DNA of 16,252 nt from a bacterium (GTDB lineage Bacteria > Cyanobacteriota > Vampirovibrionia > Gastranaerophilales > JBAXKC01): contig JBAXKC010000049.1 in the NCBI GenBank assembly GCA_037137535.1, positions 1 to 16,252 on the forward strand, in the 5' to 3' direction. This document shows, one piece after another, positions 1-7,568 of this stretch. Positions within the stretch are counted from its first letter, which is position 1; the number at the start of each line of letters is the position of its first letter. Position numbers and translations under genes: made by a program. Under the pieces are notes generated by a model. The model saw only the letters and a program-made list of their open reading frames with translations, was not told the origin of the DNA and did no database searches.

Positions 1-75
1 CTTATTGTGTAAATTTAATTTCTATCTGAATCAGGAAAGTTTGTTAAGAACCCGAAATTATAAAAATATATTTTA

Positions 76-951
76 TTAGTCGTTAGGTAAGAATACTTGA
101 ACTTCTTTTAATCTTTTGTATAAATGAGGATGAGATGCATAAATTTCAGCTACCCAGCTCCAAAAACCGCTTTCTGATTGTGCACTTAAAATAAATTCTT
201 TAATATTTACTTTAGAATATAGCTCTTTACCTGCTGCTAAAACAAGTAACCCCTCTACAGCTCCTTTAGGTTGTAAATACGCAGCTATGCGGTCACAAGT
301 ATATTCACAGGCTCTTGAGTATGCTGATCCTAAAAATGGTATAAATAGACTTGGAAGTAAAAGTAAATGTTTTTCAAGGTGTTTACGTTTAATATGAGCA
401 AATTCATGGCAGATTATAAATTCTAATGCATCTATTCCTTGTTTATACCCTAATTCTAATACATCAGAGTATATAATTACAAAATCACGATCTAAAAATT
501 TAGTAGCCAAAGCATTTAATAAACCTCCTGATTGTAATACATAAATATCAGGAACTTTTTTAAGTCCGAGTTTTACTGATGCAACTTGAGCAATATCATG
601 AATTTCAGGGAATTGATTTTGATTTATTTTAATAGCATTTCCACGTATATTTCCTATAAAAAAACCTTGAACCATAAAGAAAAATATCGCAAATTCTATA
701 ATATAAGTTATTCCAACAATTGAGAGAACACAAAGAATATAAAGTAAAACACTTACGACTAAAGAAATATAAAAATATGTGTTTTCTTTTGATGAAACCA
801 TACTTGGAGGGAATGAATTATTATTGTTAATATATTGTCTTGAAATTTGGCCATTATTACTTTTATTACAAGCAGGACAAGGTTTATTAGGGAAAAGCAA
901 AGGAGTTCCACAGTTTGAACAATAATCAGAACTGGTTTTAGTTTCTTCCAT
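76..951 (-). CDS. M48-family (HtpX/Ste24-like) membrane zinc metallopeptidase with an N-terminal zinc ribbon
   Basis: Has the HEFAH zincin motif, a downstream third-ligand motif (YSRACEYTCD), a C-terminal SHP motif and a hydrophobic TM region. The N-terminus has CSNC...CPAC. Start moved from 1026 to the ATG at 951 (MEETK...) because AAAGGAG lies 9 nt upstream and a promoter overlaps the longer ORF start. Confidence 0.9.
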   Translation of the reverse strand: MEETKTSSDYCSNCGTPLLFPNKPCPACNKSNNGQISRQYINNNNSFPPSMVSSKENTYFYISLVVSVLLYILCVLSIVGITYIIEFAIFFFMVQGFFIGNIRGNAIKINQNQFPEIHDIAQVASVKLGLKKVPDIYVLQSGGLLNALATKFLDRDFVIIYSDVLELGYKQGIDALEFIICHEFAHIKRKHLEKHLLLLPSLFIPFLGSAYSRACEYTCDRIAAYLQPKGAVEGLLVLAAGKELYSKVNIKEFILSAQSESGFWSWVAEIYASHPHLYKRLKEVQVFLPND

Positions 952-997
952 TTTAATGCGCTCCTTTTGGCAAAATACAGACAGTACAAACAGAATA

Positions 998-1026
998 ATT
1001 CTAGCAAAATCGTTTATACAACACAA
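998..1026 (-). promoter_or_regulatory. Putative sigma70-type promoter of the M48 peptidase gene
   Basis: Minus strand reads TTGTGT (1026-1021), a 17-nt spacer, then TAGAAT (1003-998) with an extended -10 TG (TGcTAGAAT). It lies just downstream of the lemA terminator. Confidence 0.55.
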
Positions 1027-1033
1027 TGTTGTT

Positions 1034-1078
1034 ACTAAAAAGCAGGTTGGAAATTAAATTTCTAACCTGCTTTTTAGT
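1034..1078 (-). terminator. Rho-independent (probably bidirectional) terminator downstream of lemA
   Basis: 21-bp inverted repeat ACTAAAAAGCAGGTTGGAAAT / ATTTCTAACCTGCTTTTTAGT with one mismatch and a 3-nt loop. T-tracts are present on both strands. It sits 14 nt past the lemA stop. Confidence 0.85.
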
Positions 1079-1092
1079 GTTTTATTTTTTAT

Positions 1093-1680
1093 TTAAAAAG
1101 TTACTTTAGGCGCTTCTTTTGCGGATTCTTCGGCTTTAAAATATTCTCTTTTATTTATTCCTGCTATGCCGGCTATCATATTATTAGGGAAGGTTCTAAT
1201 TGTCTGATTTAATGTCATTACCGAATCATTATAATCTTTTCTGGCGACGGCAATTCTGTTTTCCGTTCCTGCCAGTTCATCTTGAAGCCCGATAAAAACT
1301 TTATCAGCTTTAAGCTGCGGATAATTTTCTGCAATTACAAGTAATCTTGATAAAGCTCCTGTCATCTGGTCATTTGCTTGAGCTGCGCCTTTTACATCAT
1401 GTTTTTGAATAGCTCCTGACAGTTTTGATCTTGCTTCGGCAACAGATACAAAAATTGACTTTTCATGTGAAGCATAACCTTTTACGACATTAACAAGGTT
1501 AGGAATTAAGTCAGCTCTTCTTTGAAGTTGATTTTCAACCTGAGCCCAATTAGAGTTTACATTTTCGTCAAGTGATTGCAGGTTATTGTAAGTTCCGATA
1601 AATGAGCCTAGTAAGATTAATATAATTAATAAAAATCCACCTGCTATTGCACCACCAATCATACAACCGTTTTTATTCAT
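1093..1680 (-). CDS. lemA: LemA family protein
   Basis: N-terminal TM anchor plus the LemA motifs WAQVENQLQRRADLIPNLV, AENYPQLKA, LQDELAGTENRIAVARKDYN and FPNNMIAG. Confidence 0.95.
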   Translation of the reverse strand: MNKNGCMIGGAIAGGFLLIILILLGSFIGTYNNLQSLDENVNSNWAQVENQLQRRADLIPNLVNVVKGYASHEKSIFVSVAEARSKLSGAIQKHDVKGAAQANDQMTGALSRLLVIAENYPQLKADKVFIGLQDELAGTENRIAVARKDYNDSVMTLNQTIRTFPNNMIAGIAGINKREYFKAEESAKEAPKVTF

Positions 1681-1691
1681 AGTTTTTTCTC

Positions 1692-2453
1692 CTATTCGTC
1701 AACATTTAATGTATCAACATATTTTAATAATAAATTCAAGGAATCTATTAATTTGGGAATAATTTCTTCAATTTGATTTTTTGAAAATTTAATCTGAGCT
1801 TTAGGAGCAGAAAAAATAATATTAAATAATTCTTTATCAATATTAACTTTATTTCCAAGCAATTCTGTAACCTCTTTTGGGCTGTGAGGCAAGGTTTCTT
1901 CTGTAATTTCTAAAACTGATCTGAATAAAGAAATTAATTTTCTTGAACTGCTTATTATTGCAAGATTTAAAAATTTTGTATAATGAATATTACCAAGATA
2001 GGTTTCTCTTAACTTTATTAATAAATTTTTTAATTCATATTCACATTGTAATCTTAAATTAGCTTTACTGATTATAAGCTCATTTATTAAATTTTCACCG
2101 TATAAAATTTTATGCCTTCTTTTAATATCGCAGTATTCCATAGGATAAATATCAGTTGAGTTAAACCATTCTTCTCTATCCATAAATATTGGAAGAGGAT
2201 GTCCTGTTCGTTTCCACTCTGAAATTGGAGAAGAAGCTGATTTTAGGTCAGCTGCATCTAATTTATCAATAATAATTATTAAACTTACTGCTAAAGGAAT
2301 ATGTTGTTTAAACATAAAATAAGAAAGAATATTTTTTTGATTTTCTGTTTGTATTCCGTCTATAGCAGATGCACCATGAAGAATAATCGAAATTAGTCTT
2401 TGTCCGAATATATTTTGTAATTTTTCTGTCAGGTTATTAATTTGTTTTTTCAT
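1692..2453 (-). CDS. Nucleotidyltransferase-fold (Pol-beta/MNT-like) protein with a C-terminal helical domain; catalytic motif appears degenerate
   Basis: The N-terminal segment LQNIFGQRLISIILHGAS resembles the MNT hGS motif region. STDIYPMEYCDIKRRHKILYG and LRLQCEYELKNLLIKLRE resemble the NTase-like family I recall from lemA/TPM operons. It is 3 nt from the TPM stop and 11 nt from the lemA start. Confidence 0.65.
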   Translation of the reverse strand: MKKQINNLTEKLQNIFGQRLISIILHGASAIDGIQTENQKNILSYFMFKQHIPLAVSLIIIIDKLDAADLKSASSPISEWKRTGHPLPIFMDREEWFNSTDIYPMEYCDIKRRHKILYGENLINELIISKANLRLQCEYELKNLLIKLRETYLGNIHYTKFLNLAIISSSRKLISLFRSVLEITEETLPHSPKEVTELLGNKVNIDKELFNIIFSAPKAQIKFSKNQIEEIIPKLIDSLNLLLKYVDTLNVDE

Positions 2454-2456
2454 AAT

Positions 2457-3203
2457 TTACCAATCCCTCGAAGAACCACCACCACCGAAGCCGCCACCGC
2501 CGCCAAAACCACCGAATCCGCTGTCACCTCCAAAGCCGCCACCATAATTGGAAGAACCTGGAATAAAAAGGAAAAAGACTCGGCCTCTGGTAATAATTAT
2601 AAGTATTACAAAAATTATTATTGGAATTACAGAGGATTTGTCCGATTTTCTTGATTGTTTAACTTGGCTTAAATCATAATTGCCGGAAATAGTTACTCCA
2701 TAACCTTTAGCAATTTGATCAATAAGTGCCGAAGTTGCATATACTATACCGCTGTTGTAATCACCTTGCTTATAATATGGAATTGCATAATCATCAAGTA
2801 ATCTTCCCGCTTTTGCGTCATTAATTATGCCTTCTAAGCCGTAGCCTACTTCTATTCTAGCTTTTCTATCGTTTATTGCAGTTAAAAATACAGCTCCATC
2901 ATTTTTACCTTTTTGCCCGACTTTCCATTCTCTTCCTATATCAAGTGCTACATCTTCAACAGGATATCCTTCAAGAGATTTAATCGTAACAACAACGACC
3001 TCTGCCCCTGTTTTCGCTCTTAATTCTTGTATGTTTTTATTTAATTGAAGTTTGTTAGAGTCTGAAATAACATTAGCAAAATCATTTACATATCCAACAG
3101 GTTGAGGGATATTAAATTTTGCCTGACTTGGTAAAACATTAAATATAAAAAGTATAAATGTTATTGCGGATAAAATAATTAAATGTTTGATAAAATTTTT
3201 CAT
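2457..3203 (-). CDS. TPM-domain (TLP18.3/Psb32/MOLO-1; YgcG-like) membrane protein with Gly-rich tail
   Basis: Signal peptide, then GYVNDFANVI, WKVGQKGKNDGAVFL and DRKARIEVGYGLEG motifs, a C-terminal TM helix and a GGFGGGGGFGGGGSSRDW tail typical of the family. Confidence 0.92.
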   Translation of the reverse strand: MKNFIKHLIILSAITFILFIFNVLPSQAKFNIPQPVGYVNDFANVISDSNKLQLNKNIQELRAKTGAEVVVVTIKSLEGYPVEDVALDIGREWKVGQKGKNDGAVFLTAINDRKARIEVGYGLEGIINDAKAGRLLDDYAIPYYKQGDYNSGIVYATSALIDQIAKGYGVTISGNYDLSQVKQSRKSDKSSVIPIIIFVILIIITRGRVFFLFIPGSSNYGGGFGGDSGFGGFGGGGGFGGGGSSRDW

Positions 3204-3234
3204 AACTTCCTAATATCTATGTTAATCACTTAAT

Positions 3235-3292
3235 ATTATACCTAATTTATAATAAAATAATAGACTGGAACAATAGGATAATATGCTATAAG
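3235..3292. promoter_or_regulatory. Putative divergent -10 elements for the TPM operon and the GYF_2 gene
   Basis: TATAAT on the minus strand at 3240-3235 and TGcTATAAG on the plus strand at 3284-3292, within a 125-nt divergent gap. The AT-rich background weakens this call. Confidence 0.35.
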
Positions 3293-3328
3293 ATAGAGTT
3301 AACTATTTTTTAAAACTAAGGCTTAAAC

Positions 3329-4021
3329 ATGTCTGAATCAATCTGGTATTACAAAATAAATGCTAAAAAAGAAGGACCTGTCTCAGAAGAAGAATTAAGG
3401 CTCTTATATAAAAGAGGTAGAATAACGCTTGATACTCCTGTTTTTACTGAGCGTTATCAAGCGTGGAAGCCTTTAAAAAATTCTTCAATAATGGGTAAAT
3501 CCACAAGAATAACCTCAACAGGTAATTTATTACTTTTTGTGCCGATTTCAGCCGCAAAACTTATAATTATGTCTATATTTACTATGGGTTTATATCAACC
3601 TTATTGGTTTTATAAAAACTGGCAAGTTATAAAAAAATATGAAAAGAGCGATATTTCACCATATTGGCGAACTTCTTTTTATTTATTCTTTTGTTATGAC
3701 TTTTTCAAACGAGTAAAAAACTATTCAGGACAAGTAGGTGTAAATGCTGACTATAACCCTGAAGTAATGACTATTTTATTTGCAATGATGACAATAGTTG
3801 GTAGTCTTTCTACAAATTTAATTCTAATTTATTTTTTATCTTTTTTACCATTATTACCTGTTCTTGAATCAATAAATAAGTTAAACAAAAAATATAATTA
3901 TGATGTTCCTGTTAATAATGATTTTACAATAGCTAATATCATAGCTATTATCTTCGGTACTGCTTTTATGGTTCTTTGCTTTTTTGTTATAAAAATGATA
4001 GGTTCACTAAAACTTTTATAA
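3329..4021 (+). CDS. GYF_2 (DUF4339) domain multi-pass membrane protein
   Basis: The N-terminus WYYKINAKKEGPVSEEELRLLYKRGRITLDTPVF...WKPL matches the GYF_2 pattern. It is followed by a membrane domain with SIFTMGLYQPYWFYKNW (DUF4234-like) and several hydrophobic helices. Confidence 0.8.
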   Translation: MSESIWYYKINAKKEGPVSEEELRLLYKRGRITLDTPVFTERYQAWKPLKNSSIMGKSTRITSTGNLLLFVPISAAKLIIMSIFTMGLYQPYWFYKNWQVIKKYEKSDISPYWRTSFYLFFCYDFFKRVKNYSGQVGVNADYNPEVMTILFAMMTIVGSLSTNLILIYFLSFLPLLPVLESINKLNKKYNYDVPVNNDFTIANIIAIIFGTAFMVLCFFVIKMIGSLKLL

Positions 4022-4061
4022 GAAGCTATCTTATTCGCTAATCAAAATTAATTTTAATATT

Positions 4062-5120
4062 TTATTCTAAGCTGATTTTTTGGTTTGCAAAATTATTAGT
4101 AAGTTCTTTTATTTTTTCCTTTAATTTAAGAGCGTTCTCTTTAATATTATTATTACATCGTGCTATAGTCCGAATAGCAGCATTTTTTTCCTTCTTTACA
4201 CTTTTTACACCATCATAGATGTAATCATTAAATAAATACTTTTTAGCCGTAGTTTGATAGTTAGAAAGAGATGACTCAATGTAGAGATCATTAACACATG
4301 TGATTCCAGTCTTTGCTTCATAATAAACATTATCTTGTCCATGGATTAAAGATAATTTCTTCATTCTTACTTTTTCAAGTTGCTCCATTAATGTTATTTT
4401 TTCATTATCAGTAAGATTAGCAGGTCTAAGAGCAGAAAGCTCTTTTTTATCTTTTGTTAATGAGTTGTAAGCCTTTATCTGTTCAGGGCTTCTATGTCCT
4501 AATTTTCTGGTAATTTTATTTTCTTCTCGTGATAATCTTGCAAATTCTTCTTTTTGTTCAGGAGAAAGATTTTTAAAAAATTCTTTTATTTCTGTTCTAG
4601 TTCTTCTTTGAGCCTCTTTTAAATTTGTTTTATAATTATTTAAATTTATATTCTGTTGTTTTTTAATTCTTTTACTATTATTAATTGATTCAACTAAAGT
4701 TTTCACCTCCTCATTTGCCATAATCTGCTCTTTTTTTAAATTTATTTTAGCTATTTTTTCGGGATCTTTAGGAACTATTTTTTCTGATTTTTTAAATATA
4801 TTAAATATAGCCTCTTTTTTATAGAAAGCTAATGCAGCAACTGTAACAATACCAGTAGTTATAGCAACCCATTTTCCAATATTCGACTTTGGCTCTTCTT
4901 TTTTAGCCGAAGTTACTTCTTTTGTTGTTGGCTGATTAACAATCATTAATTGATCATCTGATAAATTATTTATATTTTGAGATTTTTTTGAATTTTCTAC
5001 AAATTCTGATATATTTTTTTCTGTTGTTGAAATTCCATTATTTTTATAAGCAAAGGAACTAGGTTTTTGTGCTGTTTGCGTTTCTATTGGTTTAAATTGG
5101 AAATTTGTAGAATTAATCAT
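4062..5120 (-). CDS. Hypothetical Lys/Glu-rich protein with a single internal TM segment and coiled-coil-like regions
   Basis: 352-codon ORF with SD-like AAAGGA/AAAGGG upstream. Has a low-complexity S/N/Q-rich N-terminus and a hydrophobic segment WVAITTGIVTVAALAFY followed by KK. No recognisable catalytic motif. Confidence 0.75.
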   Translation of the reverse strand: MINSTNFQFKPIETQTAQKPSSFAYKNNGISTTEKNISEFVENSKKSQNINNLSDDQLMIVNQPTTKEVTSAKKEEPKSNIGKWVAITTGIVTVAALAFYKKEAIFNIFKKSEKIVPKDPEKIAKINLKKEQIMANEEVKTLVESINNSKRIKKQQNINLNNYKTNLKEAQRRTRTEIKEFFKNLSPEQKEEFARLSREENKITRKLGHRSPEQIKAYNSLTKDKKELSALRPANLTDNEKITLMEQLEKVRMKKLSLIHGQDNVYYEAKTGITCVNDLYIESSLSNYQTTAKKYLFNDYIYDGVKSVKKEKNAAIRTIARCNNNIKENALKLKEKIKELTNNFANQKISLE

Positions 5121-5252
5121 TAATATATACCCTTTAGTCCTTTCTTATTTATATAAAAACATTCAAATAAAGAAAATTGTTAAAAAGCACATCAATGTTA
5201 GTTTGAACAAATATTCCGATTATACTTATCCAACAAAATAATAAACATAATT

Positions 5253-5287
5253 ACAAAATTCTTTTATAGCCTATAAAAGAATTTTGT
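5253..5287. repeat. Perfect 35-bp palindrome (17-bp arms, 1-nt centre)
   Basis: ACAAAATTCTTTTATAG-C-CTATAAAAGAATTTTGT, checked base by base. Confidence 0.9.
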
Positions 5288-5470
5288 TACTCAATGATGT
5301 TAAAAGTTAAAGACTAACTTTTTTTCTTGCTCTTTGAGCTCTTCAAAACATAATAACTTTTGAGAAATAAAGCAAATCAATCGATTAGCGTACTTTTAAA
5401 ATTCAATCATCAAAAAATAAGTTGGATTGGTATAACTTGATTTAGCAATATTTTTAAATAATCGATCAAG

Positions 5471-5492
5471 AAAAAAAGCTCCCGTAGGAGCT
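5471..5492 (-). terminator. Rho-independent terminator of the grpE...ctpA operon
   Basis: Minus strand reads AGCTCC-TACG-GGAGCT-TTTTTT: a 6-bp stem with a cUACGg (UNCG) tetraloop and U-tract, 4 nt after the ctpA stop. Confidence 0.9.
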
Positions 5493-5496
5493 AATT

Positions 5497-6729
5497 TTAT
5501 TTTTTTATTTCTTCTTCTATTAATTGTTTTGCTTTATCTAATTGAGGGTCTTTCTTTTGATAGAAATCTTTTTCGGTATATGCAACTTTATAATTTGGCT
5601 CAATACCTTTTTTATTTATATCTGTTCCATTTGGTGTGAGGTATTTTGCGATTGTTACATTAATTCCTGAACCGTCTTTAAGTTCTATAATTCTTTGAAC
5701 TAGACCTTTTCCATAAGTTTTTTCACCTACAAGGATTGCTCTGTTATTATCTTTTAACGCACCGCTTAAAATTTCGCTGGCACTTGCTGAAGCACCGTTA
5801 ACAAGAAGAATAATAGGTTTATTTGTTATTTTCATGAAAGATTCGGCTTTTATTACTTCTTTTTCGCCATTTCTGTCTACTGTGCTTACTATTGTACCTT
5901 TATCCATAAATAAATTTGAAATTATTACGGCATTTTGAAGTAAACCGCCAAAATTCCCTCTAACATCAATTATTATACCTTTTGATGCATTGGTTTTTGA
6001 AAGAGCTTCAAGCATTTCTTTTGATGCGTCCTGACTTAAAAAACTTGAAATTTTTATATAAGCGATATCAGGAGTTAACATTTTATATTCTACGTTATTT
6101 ATGTGTATTTCTCGTCTTTGAACTTTTTTGATTAAAATTGAATTCCCTCTTTTTATAGTTAGAGTTACTGATGTACCTGCTTTCCCACGAATTATTTCCG
6201 CAACATCATCTAAAGATAAACCGCTTGTTGATTTTGCATTTACTTTTAATATAATGTCACCTGCTTTAAGCCCTGCTTCTTGTGCGGGTGTTTTTTCAAT
6301 TACGTCAATTACTTGCGGTTTTCCATTTGGAGCTCCTATATGTACACCAATGCCCTGTACTGTCGCATCAATTCCTCTGGTTTGTTCTGCAAACTCAGAA
6401 GGTGGTAAAAATCTTGTGTAAGGATCATTTAAACTTTGAATCATGCTGTCAATAGCTACATAAGCATCTGGTTTTGATTGAATGACATTAATGTATCTGT
6501 CTTGCCATTTTTTCCAATCCTGTTGATTCATTGTTGGATCAAGATATTCATTTTTCAGGTCAACCCATGCTTCAAGAAAAGTTTTTTGAGCTTCATTTGA
6601 TTGAACGGCGGTATATGCAGGATTAAGCCCTACTACATTATTAAAAGGTGTTTCTTTGTAATTTATAATGAAAAACGATAATATAGTTATTAACGCTAAC
6701 CAAAATAAATTTTTAATTATTTTATTCAT
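5497..6729 (-). CDS. ctpA: S41-family carboxyl-terminal processing protease (CtpA-like, PDZ domain)
   Basis: Signal/TM N-terminus, LNDPYTRFL, a PDZ segment (GIGVHI...TPAQEAGLKAGD), IIDVRGNFGGLL, catalytic Ser in GASASASEIL and catalytic Lys in KTYGKG. ATG 6729 is preferred; TTG 6738 is possible. Confidence 0.93.
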   Translation of the reverse strand: MNKIIKNLFWLALITILSFFIINYKETPFNNVVGLNPAYTAVQSNEAQKTFLEAWVDLKNEYLDPTMNQQDWKKWQDRYINVIQSKPDAYVAIDSMIQSLNDPYTRFLPPSEFAEQTRGIDATVQGIGVHIGAPNGKPQVIDVIEKTPAQEAGLKAGDIILKVNAKSTSGLSLDDVAEIIRGKAGTSVTLTIKRGNSILIKKVQRREIHINNVEYKMLTPDIAYIKISSFLSQDASKEMLEALSKTNASKGIIIDVRGNFGGLLQNAVIISNLFMDKGTIVSTVDRNGEKEVIKAESFMKITNKPIILLVNGASASASEILSGALKDNNRAILVGEKTYGKGLVQRIIELKDGSGINVTIAKYLTPNGTDINKKGIEPNYKVAYTEKDFYQKKDPQLDKAKQLIEEEIKK

Positions 6730-6755
6730 AAAAACCAACTTACTCGCTTTTCTAC

Positions 6756-7568
6756 TTATATAGTTAAATCATTATATAAATTTTCGAAAACATCAAGGCT
6801 CATTAGATGATAGTCGGTATAATCATATTTTATCTTGTTGGTTAAGTAATCTTTTATTATTTCTTGGCTTAGTTGTAATTTTTCTGAATATTGTTCTGCT
6901 ATTTTATCAAGATGCTTTAATAAGCCTGTTTTATAAGCATTTTCTATTGTGAATTTTAGCCATTCAAAATCTTCAGGATTTTCTTCAGCCCATTTTTTTT
7001 GTGCTGCCCATGTTCCAAAGACAAAAGGATAACCTGTTAATTTTTTCCACATTAACCCTAAATCATACTTATAATAATGATTTAAAGGATTATTGTTCTC
7101 GATTAAAGCCGAATCGCCTATATATAAAACAGCTTGAAAATCTTGATTCAAAGTTTCATTAAGTGTTTTGTCATATTTATGAGTAAAAAACTCTACTTCA
7201 TCAGAATAGATATAATTTTGAAGTAATAAAATCTTTAATAATGCTATTGAAGTCGCTGAATTATGAGGAATTCCGATTGATTTTCCTCTTAACTCGCTAA
7301 ATTCACATTTTGAAAAAAGTATAACACTTCCTACTTCTCCATCAGAACTGATACAAGCGGAATTCATCAAGATATATTCATCTTTATTGGTAATATATTC
7401 TATTGAAGAAATCGGAGCAGCATGAAGTTGTCCTTCTCTCATAAGGCTATTGATAAGTGTAGGATAACCAAGACTGAGGTTTATTTTTTCAAGTCCCCAT
7501 TCTTGAAAAGGAACAATAAACGGCATACAATTTAAAAAATTAATTATTCCAACGCTAATTTGTTCCAT
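6756..7568 (-). CDS. mqnA: Chorismate dehydratase (futalosine menaquinone pathway)
   Basis: Motifs FLNCMP, GYPTLIN, ISSIEY, ISSDGEVGSV, SATSIAL, YIGDSAL and DLGLMWKKLTGYPFVFGTW match the MqnA pattern. It is coupled to mqnE by a TAATG stop/start overlap at 7568. Confidence 0.88.
   Translation of the reverse strand: MEQISVGIINFLNCMPFIVPFQEWGLEKINLSLGYPTLINSLMREGQLHAAPISSIEYITNKDEYILMNSACISSDGEVGSVILFSKCEFSELRGKSIGIPHNSATSIALLKILLLQNYIYSDEVEFFTHKYDKTLNETLNQDFQAVLYIGDSALIENNNPLNHYYKYDLGLMWKKLTGYPFVFGTWAAQKKWAEENPEDFEWLKFTIENAYKTGLLKHLDKIAEQYSEKLQLSQEIIKDYLTNKIKYDYTDYHLMSLDVFENLYNDLTI

Noticed and set aside
2..79. Plus-strand frame open from the window edge to a TAG at 77-79
   Set aside because: Only 25 codons are visible. 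It could be the end of a convergent gene but cannot be supported.
759..1007. 82-aa minus-strand ORF overlapping the M48 gene in another frame
   Set aside because: Overlaps a well-supported CDS and its promoter, and has no recognisable motif.
2474..2545. GC-rich CCA/CCG triplet repeats
   Set aside because: Fully explained by the GGF/GGG tail of the TPM protein; not a CRISPR array or an independent repeat.
2442..2654. 70-aa plus-strand Thr/Ala-rich ORF
   Set aside because: Antisense shadow of the Gly-rich codons in the TPM tail.
5197..5222. Sigma28-like promoter (TTAGTTT-N10-TCCGATTA) on the plus strand ahead of the palindrome
   Set aside because: Mismatches in both boxes, spacing off by one from TAAAGTTT-N11-GCCGATAA, and no downstream gene.
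5300..5470. Minus-strand frame of about 57 codons with one internal stop (possible gene remnant)
   Set aside because: No RBS or recognisable similarity, so it cannot be supported as a pseudogene without a search.
6128..6421. 97-aa plus-strand ORF
   Set aside because: Antisense to the ctpA PDZ region; a shadow ORF.
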